Assembly: GCA_964530615.1 (NCBI GenBank)
Contig: CAZHAR010000001.1
Span: 12,420 to 76,419, forward strand
DNA from: an uncultured Planctomycetota bacterium
GTDB taxonomy: Bacteria > Planctomycetota > JBBTDB01
Direction of reading: 5' to 3'
Length of the DNA: 64,000 nucleotides
Part shown: positions 17,828 through 28,293 of the stretch, one piece after another
Position numbering within the stretch: the stretch's first letter is position 1
Layout: every line of letters begins with the position of its first letter
The notes under the pieces: generated by a model
Database searches by the model: none
What the model was told of the DNA's origin: nothing
The model's input: only the letters and a program-made list of their open reading frames with translations
Translations under genes and position numbers: made by a program

Positions 17828-19168
17828 TTATGGTGTTTCGGTAATCGTCAAAGATCCCGTTCCGGTGGCAGCACCAACTCCGGTTACCAAAATAAAAATA
17901 GTCGTTCCCGCAATGCCAGTAGTCGGTAATGCCAGTATTTCGGAGCCAAATGCGGTAAACCCGCAACCAGACGGACCATCGTCATTTCCATCGATACAAA
18001 CTAAAGTGCCACAAACACCGCTATAAAGAAAGAGTTTGGTATCGTAGTCACTCGTACAAAGATCGAAATCAATTGAGGTTACTCCAGTAGCAGGTACATC
18101 ATAAGCAAACCAAACGCCTAAGTTTGTAGAGAAAATAGTTGCTGTCCCACAAGTAGCTGGTACCTCTGTATCATCTGCTGCAGCACCTATTGTCGTAAAT
18201 GCATTAGTTCCAGAACAAGCGACTCCGGCTGTAGCACAGGTATCTCCGGGTGCCGCGTAAGTACAAGATCCGCCACCACCGCCACCACCGCCACCGCCAC
18301 CGCCTCCACCGCCGCCTCCACAGGCTCCGCCAGCGACGCAGATGTCGAGAGTGAGAGAGAAGGAGCAACCCGATCCGGTGCCCATGATTTGTTCATAAAA
18401 GCCTTCAGAATCAATGTCGTCGATACTGGCGGCGTTATCAATCGCGGTAATCACGACCGAAATCGGCGAATCAATGACGGTATGGCCCGTCATATACATT
18501 GTGGTGAGAGTCGAGGGATCAATAAATTCAAAATTGATGTTTGGATTCGCGGACGTAGCGCGCCAAACAATCGTTTCGGTGCTTAAAGTTCCGCTCGCCG
18601 CGACTGAAACAGGGAACGGGGTTCCTTCGGCGGCAAGAGATTGGGAAAGCGAAGCAGTGACATCGAGAATGCTGATCCCGAGAAGCCCGGGAGTACAATC
18701 AACGACTGTAAAAGGAACCGTCCTGGTATCAGTCGCTCCGTTGCCGGTATCTAGGACTGTGGCAGTAATAAAGAATGTGCCAACTGTTGCGGGGGCTCCG
18801 ACAAGAATTCCGATAGTGTTTCCGACTCCGGGAACAGGTTGTAATCGGGCATCAAGGAGTTCGCCAGAAAAGGTCCAACTTGGAACGCCAACAAAGGTGC
18901 CGTCGGTTTCAAAGGTAAAAGGACCAAAAATATCTTCAGGGCCCTGAGCGATATGACCAAATCCCATCGTAGAGGTCGTGATAAAGATATTGGGACTGGG
19001 TTGTCGATTTTGGGTAGATTGTAAATTATTATTGCTATCATGTTGACAGCCAATAAGATATAGAATAAGAACGACTAGAGACAATAAACGCATAAGCAAC
19101 CTTTCTTCTTGAAGAAGATAGACAAAGCCTTCGAAAAGACAGTGATTTATTTTGCAAAGCACTTTCAC
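17828..19168 (-). CDS. Lipoprotein/secreted protein with a 17-residue poly-glycine linker
   Basis: Signal peptide plus lipobox (LIGCQ). T/G/A-rich beta-type domains. (GGN)17 coding microsatellite at about 18270-18321. Confidence 0.5.
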   Translation of the reverse strand: MKVLCKINHCLFEGFVYLLQEERLLMRLLSLVVLILYLIGCQHDSNNNLQSTQNRQPSPNIFITTSTMGFGHIAQGPEDIFGPFTFETDGTFVGVPSWTFSGELLDARLQPVPGVGNTIGILVGAPATVGTFFITATVLDTGNGATDTRTVPFTVVDCTPGLLGISILDVTASLSQSLAAEGTPFPVSVAASGTLSTETIVWRATSANPNINFEFIDPSTLTTMYMTGHTVIDSPISVVITAIDNAASIDDIDSEGFYEQIMGTGSGCSFSLTLDICVAGGACGGGGGGGGGGGGGGGGGSCTYAAPGDTCATAGVACSGTNAFTTIGAAADDTEVPATCGTATIFSTNLGVWFAYDVPATGVTSIDFDLCTSDYDTKLFLYSGVCGTLVCIDGNDDGPSGCGFTAFGSEILALPTTGIAGTTIFILVTGVGAATGTGSLTITETP

Positions 19169-19267
19169 TTTGCTTCTATTAAAAATGGAAATCGAAAAAA
19201 AAACAATAAAAATTATTCTTTTTTTTTAAAATTTCTGGAGGAGGTAGACAAAATTTTCTTCCGAAAC

Positions 19268-20041
19268 TTAATTACAATCCACTAAAATTTCGTCTACCAT
19301 CCCATAACGATTTATAGGATTAAGGGCAATCATTTTATTCACAATTTGAAAAATTTTGGGGTTTCCCATACAAGCAACATGTTCTAGCGGAGGAATCGGT
19401 TGGTCGAGTTGAAATGGAATCGAACCTAAGGTCAGAATGCGGTAAAAGGAGCGTCCCAATCCAAAAATATCCCGTTTGAAGTGATCATATTCTGGTACTT
19501 CTAGGACTTCGGGCGCGACATAGCCAATCATTCCATGAAGAAATTCTTGATCCCATTCCAAGCGAGATTGAATTTCATAAATAGGTTGACAAAAACCAAA
19601 ATCAGTAATTCTGACTTCTCCATTTTCAAGGAGAATATTGAGTAGGTTGATATCGCGGTGGACATATCCTTGACGGTGGATATGACGTAAAGACTCTAAA
19701 CATTTTTTGAAGAGAGCGACGATTTGTTCTTCGAGGAAGCCTTTACTCTCCAAATAATCATCTAAAGATTTTCCGAATTTTTCCAGCACGAGAAAATAGT
19801 GTGTTTCGTTTCGTCCGCTATTAAAAATTTGGACGACATATTTAGATCGAAGCGCTAAAAGAGCCAACTTCTCAATGAGATAGAAGCGATAGATCTCTTC
19901 TTGTGTATAATCTTTTTTTGTTGCCGCAATACATTTTAGCGCATAGCCATCGGTTGTTTCGTAAACGGTACTAAAACCACCCTGACCGAGAAGCGATTTT
20001 ACTTGATATACTTTACCATTAACAACAAAAGACAGAGACAA
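19268..20041 (-). CDS. Compact eukaryotic-like Ser/Thr protein kinase (catalytic domain only)
   Basis: LGQGGFSTVY, HRDINLLNILL, DFGF, APE motifs all present. Confidence 0.75.
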   Translation of the reverse strand: MSLSFVVNGKVYQVKSLLGQGGFSTVYETTDGYALKCIAATKKDYTQEEIYRFYLIEKLALLALRSKYVVQIFNSGRNETHYFLVLEKFGKSLDDYLESKGFLEEQIVALFKKCLESLRHIHRQGYVHRDINLLNILLENGEVRITDFGFCQPIYEIQSRLEWDQEFLHGMIGYVAPEVLEVPEYDHFKRDIFGLGRSFYRILTLGSIPFQLDQPIPPLEHVACMGNPKIFQIVNKMIALNPINRYGMVDEILVDCN

Positions 20042-20391
20042 GACAACCTGCTTTCTAGGAAAATAACATCCCGAAATTTAATTTGTTCCCCTGTAAAAAG
20101 CGTGAAATCTTTCTTATGGAGCCTCACTCTGAAGTGAAGATTGTTTAGGTTCATAGTGTAATGGAAGATTTTAAAATTTCTAGCGAGAAGGTAATTTTTT
20201 TCAAAAAATCGAAAAAAAACAGGAAATTTTCTAACGGGAATAGGCCTCTTTTTCTTGTATTACCAAGGGAAAATCAGTATTTTGAATCATTCTTCCAGAA
20301 AAAGCTGGAATCTCGCTGAAGAATTGCTACCATATCTCTAACTTAAATTTGACCCAGACCTAGTTTTATCGGTTCTTGCGGGGTATTTTAT

Positions 20392-22122
20392 ATGGATTTG
20401 AGACTATTATTTCTACGTTTAGTTATCGGGGGACTCTGTTTTTCCTCGATGTTGGCACACGCACAAACTCAAGATTGGTTGACTGCTGAAAAGCAAACAA
20501 CTCCACAAATTCAGTCGAATCCGGCAATTTCGGAAAATATCGAAGAAATTCGTAATTTGATTTCCCTTGCTGTGAACGGCTCTTTTGAGGAAAGTTGGAA
20601 CGCTTCTATTCAATTGGCCGCGATGGGGGATATAGTAGTTCCCTATCTTCTTCCTTTTTTGGCGGATGAACGAGAAGATCTTCATCGTACTCAGGCGATT
20701 GTTGTCCTCAAAAAAGTGGGTTCTCAAGCAGTTTTGCCTCTTGTTCTTGCGTTAGATACAGACGATTATTTCCTCCAACAAAATATTTGTATTGTGTTAC
20801 GAGAGATTCGAGATACTCGTTCTCTTGGATATTTGCGTTGGCTCCTAGAAAATTCTAAAGGGTTTTCCGAGGTTCGTCCTTACGCAGAGCAAGCTATTAA
20901 GGCGATTGGTGGACCTGCGAATACTGCAAAACAAACCTTATACAATCAAGGAATGTGGTATTACACTCAAACCCCTAGCAATGATGCTTTAAATCCTCAT
21001 AACGTTTGGAGATTTGAAGCAGATAAAAAAAATGTGGCATTCGTTACGGTTCCAGAGTCTGCTTATTTTGCTTCACTCGCTGAAGAAACGTGTAATCAAG
21101 CTCTCAAAATCGATCCAACCGATCGAAGTGTTTGGGCGCTTTTAGTTTGCGCTTATTTTAAACAATACGCTGAAACTCGTAATCTTTCCGCTCGAGCAGA
21201 AGGTGCCGAACTTCCAGACGAAGTTAAAAAAGCCTATGCTAAAACTGAAAAACTTTTTGTAAAAAAGAAAGTTTTCGGAAACACAGCCGGAGTTGACGCT
21301 TTGATGGGTGGATTAACTTTGGCAATGGATAGTAATCATCCCGCAGTGGGTGTCGAAATTCTGGATGCTATAGGGGAAGTTTGCAACGAACAAGACCTCG
21401 CTTCAGGAAATCCTGTTTTCAAAGCGCTCACGTCTTCTCATCAAATGCTTCGTTACGCCTCGGCTCGAGCCTTGGTTCGTATCAACCCGACGAAAGCATT
21501 CCCGGGCGCTGAACGGGTGATCCCGAACTTAGCGGAAGCCTTCAATAACAAAGAGGTTTCACTACAAGCTTCTGAAACCTTGGCCTCTCTTGATCCCTCC
21601 CGTTCCATTTTCAATGCGGGTAGCGCCGTTGATGGTTTGATTTCGCTCTTGGCTTCTCCAACCAAAGAAATCAAAATCTCCACCATTCGTGCTTTAGGAC
21701 AAATTGGAAATGCGAAAGCATTAGGGTCTTTAGCTAAAATTCTCTCCTCTAAATCGGAAGAGAATAATACTCGCTCCGATGCCGCTTGGGCCATTGGAGA
21801 AATCTTTAAAATTTCTGGAAGCATTGAACCTCAAGCATACGAAGCGTTAATTCAAGGGGTCCGAAATTCTAATTCAGAAATTCGAAACCAATCCGGGTTA
21901 GCAATGGGAAAAGCCGCTAAACTGGATCCCACGAAACGATTCTCGCTCTTCATTGCTGAAAGAGAAGCTGGAAATACCGCTACTGAAGAACCTTCTAAAG
22001 AAGAAGAACCTTCTGAAGAATCTAAAGAAGAAGAACCTTCTAAAGAATCTAAAGAAGAAGAACCTTCTAAAGAAGAAGAACCTTCTGAAGAGGGCTCCTC
22101 CGAAGAGATGAAAGACGAATAA
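20392..22122 (+). CDS. Secreted HEAT-repeat (PBS-lyase type) protein with a C-terminal acidic EEPSK tandem repeat
   Basis: Signal peptide. Repeated ALGxIGxxxA HEAT_2-like units. C-terminal EEPSKEEEPSEESKEEEPSKESKEEEPSKEEEPSEE is encoded by DNA tandem repeats at about 21986-22092. Confidence 0.6.
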   Translation: MDLRLLFLRLVIGGLCFSSMLAHAQTQDWLTAEKQTTPQIQSNPAISENIEEIRNLISLAVNGSFEESWNASIQLAAMGDIVVPYLLPFLADEREDLHRTQAIVVLKKVGSQAVLPLVLALDTDDYFLQQNICIVLREIRDTRSLGYLRWLLENSKGFSEVRPYAEQAIKAIGGPANTAKQTLYNQGMWYYTQTPSNDALNPHNVWRFEADKKNVAFVTVPESAYFASLAEETCNQALKIDPTDRSVWALLVCAYFKQYAETRNLSARAEGAELPDEVKKAYAKTEKLFVKKKVFGNTAGVDALMGGLTLAMDSNHPAVGVEILDAIGEVCNEQDLASGNPVFKALTSSHQMLRYASARALVRINPTKAFPGAERVIPNLAEAFNNKEVSLQASETLASLDPSRSIFNAGSAVDGLISLLASPTKEIKISTIRALGQIGNAKALGSLAKILSSKSEENNTRSDAAWAIGEIFKISGSIEPQAYEALIQGVRNSNSEIRNQSGLAMGKAAKLDPTKRFSLFIAEREAGNTATEEPSKEEEPSEESKEEEPSKESKEEEPSKEEEPSEEGSSEEMKDE

Positions 22123-22146
22123 TAGGAAAATAATTAAAATAGAAAA

Positions 22147-22175
22147 AGCTGTCTAAAAAGACAGCTTTTTTTTTA
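22147..22175 (+). terminator. Rho-independent terminator
   Basis: agctgtct-aaaa-agacagct perfect 8-bp stem followed by a T9 run, 25 nt after the stop of the upstream gene. Confidence 0.8.
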
Positions 22176-22253
22176 AACAATTCACGACGAGCGCGGTTCA
22201 ATGAGGCACTTGCTTTCAGTTAAAAACGCATTATAATAAAAAACTTCACTAGA

Positions 22254-22339
22254 GCCGAAGTGGCGGAATTGGTAGACGCGCTAGATTCAGAGTCTAGTTC
22301 CCGTTAAAGGGAGTAAGAGTTCGAGTCTCTTCCTCGGCA
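22254..22339 (+). tRNA. tRNA-Leu (anticodon CAG), class II with long variable arm; CCA not encoded
   Basis: GCCGAAGTGGCGGAATTGGTAGACGCG... 5' end. Anticodon loop TTCAGAG. Long extra arm. T-loop TTCGAGT. 3' ...CTCGGCA. Confidence 0.85.
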
Positions 22340-22345
22340 TTATTT

Positions 22346-23188
22346 ATGAAATTTTCTCTTGGATATAACACAAACGGACTTGCCCACCATACCCTTGAAC
22401 AGTGTATTGAGCTTTGCTCCAAATATGGGTATCAAGGAATCGCAATCACCTTAGATACACACCATCTCAATCCGTTGACTTCCTCCAAATCAGAAATCCT
22501 TTACATTCAAAAACTTTTACGTAGTCGATCCCTACGAGTCGTTATCGAAACTGGTGGACGATTTTTGTTGGATATCGAACGGAAACATTATCCCACTCTC
22601 CTTCATTTTCCTGGATTCGAAAAACGATTATTTTTTTTAGAGCGCGCCTTGGAAATAGCAGATTTGCTTTCTGCAGAAGCCCTTTCGTTTTGGTCAGGAA
22701 TTCTTCCTAAAGAAGTTTCTTCGGAAATGGCAACCGAGCGCCTTACCGATGTTTTTCAACAATTGTTGAAAAAAGCACATCAGTATCAAATTCCATTGGC
22801 TCTCGAACCTGAGCCCGGAATGTTTGTGGAAACCGTTGCTCAAGGATTATCGTGGACCCAAAAATTTCAAGATCCTCTTTTCGGACTGACGCTTGATTTA
22901 GGACATCTGGAATGTGTGGAACCTTATCCACTCGAACAACATATTATTCTCGCGGCTCCGTGGATTAAAAATGTTCATGTCGATGATATTCGGCATAAAC
23001 AACATGAACATCTTCCATTAGGAGAAGGAAGCATCGATTTTGTACCCCTTTTAAAAGCACTTGAGAAGATTTCGTATTCAGGTTTATTAGCGATTGAGCT
23101 TTCACGGAACTCTCATAATGGCCCGGAACAAATGCGTTGTTCCAAGGAATATTTAGAAACCCTCTTTCAACAACATTCTATCCATTAA
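22346..23188 (+). CDS. Sugar phosphate isomerase/epimerase (xylose isomerase-like TIM barrel)
   Basis: Xylose-isomerase-like TIM-barrel fold, with LALEPEPG and LGHLE-type metal-site residues. Starts 7 nt after the tRNA. Confidence 0.6.
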   Translation: MKFSLGYNTNGLAHHTLEQCIELCSKYGYQGIAITLDTHHLNPLTSSKSEILYIQKLLRSRSLRVVIETGGRFLLDIERKHYPTLLHFPGFEKRLFFLERALEIADLLSAEALSFWSGILPKEVSSEMATERLTDVFQQLLKKAHQYQIPLALEPEPGMFVETVAQGLSWTQKFQDPLFGLTLDLGHLECVEPYPLEQHIILAAPWIKNVHVDDIRHKQHEHLPLGEGSIDFVPLLKALEKISYSGLLAIELSRNSHNGPEQMRCSKEYLETLFQQHSIH

Positions 23189-23199
23189 GGTTTTGCTGA

Positions 23200-24054
23200 A
23201 TGTCGCTTTTGAAAAACGCTCTTTTTGGAACGCTCTCTATTCTGGCCGGTTGTTCAAGCCTACAAATGAAGCAAAATCTATTTTCTCCAGAAAATCAGTT
23301 ATTTGTGGACGGAAAATTTTCTTTGATTGAGGAAAAACAAACATTTGCGATTCAAGAATCTGGATGGGGAAAAATGTTTGAGCACCTTTTACAAGCCATT
23401 ACCTTTCCAATCGCGATGATTCAAAGCGGAAATTCGCTGGAAGCGAAATACGACGAAAGTCTCCTCAAAATGGCTCAATCTCAAAAAAAAGATCCAGAGA
23501 TTCCGGTAAAACAACTCTTAAAAAGTCCTGAAGGCGAGGTCCGTAGTTTAGGAATAGAGCTGACCTCTAAAGTGAATATTCTTTTAAAGTATTTACAAGA
23601 CCCAGATAGTTTTGTAAGAATACAAGCACTCGAAAAATTGAGGGAAACACGAGCGACTGAAGTCGTTATTGCTATCGAACAATTAGTTCGTGAAGATCCG
23701 GAAGAATTCGTTCAAATTGAAGGTATTCGAAGTTTAGGAGAACTTCATTTTCCAGAATCGCTTAATATCCTTGCAGGTTGTTTACGAAGCCCAAAAGATC
23801 ATATTCGCCGAGAAGCCGTCTGGGCGTTACGATTTTATTCTCCTAAACAATCCATCCCGCTTTTATTGACCATGTTTCAAGATCCGATTTTTTTTATTCG
23901 AGATCTCACAAAAAAAGTGCTGGAAGAAATCTTAAAAAAACATTATCCGTCCGATCCATGGCCCGAATATGAACCCTCAGCAATAAAGGATCAAAGAGAA
24001 CAACAACTTCTATTGTTTAAAAATTATTGGGAAGCTCAAAAAAATCGGGAGTAA
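23200..24054 (+). CDS. HEAT-repeat (PBS-lyase type) lipoprotein
   Basis: Lipobox LAGCSS. Repeated EVRSLGIEL..., RIQALEKL..., RREAVWALRF HEAT-like units. Confidence 0.55.
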   Translation: MSLLKNALFGTLSILAGCSSLQMKQNLFSPENQLFVDGKFSLIEEKQTFAIQESGWGKMFEHLLQAITFPIAMIQSGNSLEAKYDESLLKMAQSQKKDPEIPVKQLLKSPEGEVRSLGIELTSKVNILLKYLQDPDSFVRIQALEKLRETRATEVVIAIEQLVREDPEEFVQIEGIRSLGELHFPESLNILAGCLRSPKDHIRREAVWALRFYSPKQSIPLLLTMFQDPIFFIRDLTKKVLEEILKKHYPSDPWPEYEPSAIKDQREQQLLLFKNYWEAQKNRE

Positions 24055-24060
24055 GCGTTT

Positions 24061-24222
24061 ATGGGAAAATTTTTTCAATTGCTAGGATTATCTATTCTTC
24101 CACTCGCACTTTTTTATTTTGGACTTTATCATCACAATGTTCGGGCTGAATTATTAGGTTTATTGCTAGGCTCTATTTTTTTCTTGTTCGGCTGGAAATT
24201 TGAACAACATCGTTCCCGCTAA
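24061..24222 (+). CDS. Possible small membrane protein (53 aa, two hydrophobic helices)
   Basis: Manually found ORF not in the track (MGKFFQLLGLSILPLALFYFGLY...LLGLLLGSIFFLFGW). It sits between the HEAT lipoprotein and the GGDEF fusion gene. Confidence 0.3.
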   Translation: MGKFFQLLGLSILPLALFYFGLYHHNVRAELLGLLLGSIFFLFGWKFEQHRSR

Positions 24223-24237
24223 ACATAGGAGTCGTTT

Positions 24238-26961
24238 GTGGTTAAATGGTGGCAACAACTTATTCAAGAATTAACTGAAGAAGAATCCTTAATCTTTAAG
24301 GATGATTTAACGAATTTGTATAATCGCCGCTTCTATAAAATGCGTCTCAAACAAACCATTCAGAAAAATTGCACTCCAGAGAAACAGATCTCTTTCTTAA
24401 TGCTAGATTTGGATCATTTTAAATCGATCAATGATAACTATGGCCACCAAAGCGGAGATCAAGCCTTGATCCATGTCTCAGGTATTATGCGTCAAGTGGT
24501 TCAAGATCGTGGATTTGTGATTCGTTATGCCGGAGACGAATTTCTAATTATCTTACCCGAACAAGGAAGAGCGACCGCTCGCACTATTGCCGAAGAAATT
24601 GGTTATTCGGTTGCATCGACTCCGCTTGAAGTTCGGGCACAAAAAAAAATCGTCATTACCTTGAGCATCGGATGCGCTTCTGCGCCAGAAGATAGTCAAG
24701 CTCTAGAAAATCTTTTTGAGTTAGCCGACATCGCCCTTTATGTCTCTAAGGAAAATGGACGGAACCAAGTGAGTCTTGTCGGAGACAAAGCTCGCTCCAA
24801 AGAAGCTGTTGTTGGAAATTTTCCCTGCCCAGAATTTGTGGCGCGCGAAACCTTTTTTGAACATTTCCAAAAACAAACTCATCCTTTTTCAAAAAATTAC
24901 GCTTTTTTCTTTGGAGGGCCCGTCGGGATCGGGAAAACTCGTTTTCTTCAAGAATGTATCTCTCGCTTGAAAAAAGAATCTTTTTTTCGGTGCTTAGAGA
25001 GCAAATGTGAACTTCAAGAGCAAACGCCTTATGTCAGTTTAATGAATATTTTTGACCAAATTCTCTGGATGGAGATGAAAGAACGAGACACTTTACTCAT
25101 CGGATTAACCGAAGACGAAAAATTGGTCATTAGTCATTATTTTCCTAATTTACACTCTTCAAACCTCGCTCCGCCACGAGATTTGAAAAATTTATTACTG
25201 ACCAAAGATAGCTTCTTTCTCTCTGGAATTGAAAAGGTTTTACAAAATATCGCTCAGAAGAAAATTTTGGTTCTGATTTTTGATGATATTCATTGGATGG
25301 ATGAATATTCGTTGGGTTTGTTTTTTAAACTTCTTTATCAAGAAAAACTACCCTTTCTGTTCATCGGAGGCTATCAAACTCCTTTAAAATCGGACTCTTT
25401 GCTCACGACTCTTTTCTCGGACCCCCGAATTTCGCTTCTTCCGATTTTTGTCCAAGAGCTAGCGCCGTTAACAACCCCTGAAATCAAACGAATGATTCAA
25501 TCGATTCGCCCTAATTTTGATCCCGATCCTGAATTTTTAGAACTGTGTCAACAACATACACAAGGAGTTCCTCAAAAAATTGAGAGCGTTTTGCAAAACT
25601 TAATCGAAACTCAAAAATTATTTTGGGTCGAGGGAGAATGCCGAACCCAATTAATTACTCCGCTTGATTTCACGTCTATTCTGGAAAAAAACGAATCTCG
25701 TGAAAATACAGTGAAGTCTCTACCCCCTCAAAACCTCCCTCAAAGCGCTCCAACGACGCTCGATTTTAATTTTTCAGAAGAATCGATTAAAGATTCCCCC
25801 AAAATTCCCCTTCCTCCGCCAACCCTTGCAAAATCGTCAGAGGCCCCAATAAATTTGCCCGATACCGAAGTGTTTGAAGAGGCGCAGACTTTTCTTCTAG
25901 AGTCGTCGCTAGAGACAGACCAAATTTACGCTCAGATTCAAGAAATCGAGCATTCTGCACAACCCTTTGAAGAACTCGTGAAAGATAAAATCCGCCCCTT
26001 GCTAGAGAAACTCTTATTGTTTCCAGAACACACACACAGGCCCCAACTCATTCAAATCATCACCCAACGTTTAGATCATCCAGAAGAGGCCCAGAGAAAA
26101 AAGACTTTGTTTTTGCTCAAAATGCTTTCTGAATCCCAATCCAATTCCTGCCGACGACGATTTTGGTTTCTAGTCCAAAAAGAGTTTAATCATTTATTAC
26201 AAAATGAAACGCAACTCAGCGTCTTTACGATGGCTCTAATGTTGATTCCTAACCTTATTTTTGACTTTCTCTTTCAAGGAGAATATGGACGAGTTCTCTA
26301 TACCTTAGAGATTCTTAAAGAGCGAAAAAAAGAGCCCGTATTACAAGAAAAAATTCAAATAACCCTTGAAAAATTGGCGTCTTCTCATGCGCTAGAGTTA
26401 TTATTAATCGATCTACAAAATGGTCCACTTCCCCAGAAAACAGCAACGATCCAAATTTTGGGAATTTTAGGAGATGCAGTCATCGGAAATCTGACTAATA
26501 TTTTATTGCATTCCGATAATTTTCGTATTCGCCTTTCGAGTGTAGAGGCCCTTAAAGAAATTGGTCCTCACGCGATTCAACTTGTACTGCAACTGTTGAA
26601 TGAAAACACTTCCCCCCAAGTGTATTGTCGACTCCTTTCTCTGGATACGGCACTTCCAGAAGATCCAAGCTCAAACCGTTTAAAAAGAGCCCTTCTCCAT
26701 TCGTCCTCAGAGGTTCGACAAGAGGCTCTTATTCTTTTGTTAAGAAGAGAAGCGAACCAGATCGAAACGATCCTGAAAGAGGTTTTTCAATCCGGATCTT
26801 CCAAATCTTTATTGCTTTTATTAGAGGAGTTAAAAATTCATTCTTCGTCTCCATGGGCTTCGTTTCTATCCCAAATAATCACACAAAATTTTTCCGATGA
26901 AGTCACTCAAAAATGTGTTCGTCTCTTGGGAGAACAATCAGGAAGCTCTAATCTCTTATGA
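24238..26961 (+). CDS. Multidomain signalling protein: N-terminal GGDEF diguanylate-cyclase domain (AGDEF variant, no I-site), central P-loop STAND/AAA_16-type NTPase, C-terminal HEAT repeats
   Basis: GGDEF core: DLTNLYNRR, LDLDHFKSINDNYGH, RYAGDEF, SIGCA, ADIALYVSKENGRNQ. Walker A FFFGGPVGIGKT and Walker B LVLIFDDIHWMDE. HEAT-like C-terminus. GTG start. Confidence 0.75.
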   Translation: MVKWWQQLIQELTEEESLIFKDDLTNLYNRRFYKMRLKQTIQKNCTPEKQISFLMLDLDHFKSINDNYGHQSGDQALIHVSGIMRQVVQDRGFVIRYAGDEFLIILPEQGRATARTIAEEIGYSVASTPLEVRAQKKIVITLSIGCASAPEDSQALENLFELADIALYVSKENGRNQVSLVGDKARSKEAVVGNFPCPEFVARETFFEHFQKQTHPFSKNYAFFFGGPVGIGKTRFLQECISRLKKESFFRCLESKCELQEQTPYVSLMNIFDQILWMEMKERDTLLIGLTEDEKLVISHYFPNLHSSNLAPPRDLKNLLLTKDSFFLSGIEKVLQNIAQKKILVLIFDDIHWMDEYSLGLFFKLLYQEKLPFLFIGGYQTPLKSDSLLTTLFSDPRISLLPIFVQELAPLTTPEIKRMIQSIRPNFDPDPEFLELCQQHTQGVPQKIESVLQNLIETQKLFWVEGECRTQLITPLDFTSILEKNESRENTVKSLPPQNLPQSAPTTLDFNFSEESIKDSPKIPLPPPTLAKSSEAPINLPDTEVFEEAQTFLLESSLETDQIYAQIQEIEHSAQPFEELVKDKIRPLLEKLLLFPEHTHRPQLIQIITQRLDHPEEAQRKKTLFLLKMLSESQSNSCRRRFWFLVQKEFNHLLQNETQLSVFTMALMLIPNLIFDFLFQGEYGRVLYTLEILKERKKEPVLQEKIQITLEKLASSHALELLLIDLQNGPLPQKTATIQILGILGDAVIGNLTNILLHSDNFRIRLSSVEALKEIGPHAIQLVLQLLNENTSPQVYCRLLSLDTALPEDPSSNRLKRALLHSSSEVRQEALILLLRREANQIETILKEVFQSGSSKSLLLLLEELKIHSSSPWASFLSQIITQNFSDEVTQKCVRLLGEQSGSSNLL

Positions 26962-28256
26962 ACTTTAGATTCGTTCTTTATATCCCCTTTTGCCTGATTC
27001 TATTAACCTGCGCATCGTCTCCGACTTCCGACGAAAACGTCCCTTCGTTAAAAAAAGAAGAATCTCCTAAAAAAGGGTTCAACTGGATTATTCTCGAATT
27101 TACAGAAGATGAATGGAGTACCGTACAATCGATTCTTCCGTTTTATACGTTTGAAGAAGATAAAAAAGAACAGAGTGAAGATTTTACTCTGTGGCCACTG
27201 ATTTCAGGATATAAGCGTCAAAAAGACCGGCTCTATTGGTTTTCGTTTCCTTTGTTAACGCAACATTTATCCATCGAAGATCCTCAACGATCAATTCAGC
27301 ACTTTATTTCGATACCCTTAATTACTCGTTATGAAACCTATTATGTTCGCGACGACTTTTCCTTTCAACGTTTTGATTCGCTTCCGCTCCTCACGTCTAT
27401 TTTTAGCCAAATACGCCCCGCAAAAAAAGAGAAATTTTTTACGCTTGGAACTCCATTTTTTCAGACGTGGACCCTAGAACAAAAAAACCCGCTAACCCGT
27501 TTGAAAAGTTGGTCTATCGGCCCTTCTTTCTTATCCGATACTCACGATTTCGCTGTGCTAAAACGTCAACAATGGGAGGAAGAAACCGATCTCTCGATTG
27601 CAGAAATTTTTAACATTTCGTTGTTTCGTCATGAACGCTATCAGAGCCGTTTTCCCGGTTCTCGATACGCTTTTTCTCCGTCCCAATATATGAGCCTAAG
27701 CTCTGAAGAAAGTCTTTTGCGTTTTTCAGAACCTGAAACTTCTTGGAAGACGAAAACGAGTTTCTTAAACCCGTTCTTTTCTCTTAAATTTGAAGCCAGT
27801 GAATTCCGACAAGCCGAACTCCTACCGCTTTTTTCTTATCAACAAGACTCTGAGCACTGGAGTTTTAGTTTGACCCCGCTTTTCCTTTCGCTAGACTCTT
27901 CAAAAATCGTTGACTTCACCCCCCGAAAAAGTATGGAGTCCTTTTTTCCGCTCGTCTGGTTTGAGCCTGAACGAAACCAATGGAATGGACTCGCTTCGTT
28001 CTTTTTTTATCGAAAAGATCGGACACGAGAAGAAACACAAATACGCCTCCGTGGAATTTTTGAGTTCGATCAAAATACGCGTCAAACTAATTTCAATCTT
28101 GGCGAAGGAACCCTTTTTAGCTACCACTCTGATTTAAATTATGAACGTTGGAGCTTCCTCACTGGATTCTTATTTGGTCGATCGACAGAGCCAGATGGGA
28201 AATATATCGAATTTTTGTTTTTCAAAATAAAAACGGAAGATTTCTCTGGAAAATAG
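26958..28256 (+). CDS. Lipoprotein, hypothetical; translationally coupled (ATGA overlap) to the GGDEF-NTPase-HEAT gene
   Basis: Signal peptide plus lipobox (LLTCAS). 4-nt overlap with the upstream stop codon. Confidence 0.5.
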   Translation: MNFRFVLYIPFCLILLTCASSPTSDENVPSLKKEESPKKGFNWIILEFTEDEWSTVQSILPFYTFEEDKKEQSEDFTLWPLISGYKRQKDRLYWFSFPLLTQHLSIEDPQRSIQHFISIPLITRYETYYVRDDFSFQRFDSLPLLTSIFSQIRPAKKEKFFTLGTPFFQTWTLEQKNPLTRLKSWSIGPSFLSDTHDFAVLKRQQWEEETDLSIAEIFNISLFRHERYQSRFPGSRYAFSPSQYMSLSSEESLLRFSEPETSWKTKTSFLNPFFSLKFEASEFRQAELLPLFSYQQDSEHWSFSLTPLFLSLDSSKIVDFTPRKSMESFFPLVWFEPERNQWNGLASFFFYRKDRTREETQIRLRGIFEFDQNTRQTNFNLGEGTLFSYHSDLNYERWSFLTGFLFGRSTEPDGKYIEFLFFKIKTEDFSGK

Positions 28257-28293
28257 CAGAACATCCCCCTTCGGAGGGGGTTAGGGGGAGGAT

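Noticed and set aside
22254-24054. tRNA-Leu as an integration hotspot / genomic-island border
   Set aside because: There is no integrase, no direct repeat of the tRNA 3' end, and no phage or transposon genes within 10 kb downstream. The downstream genes look native.
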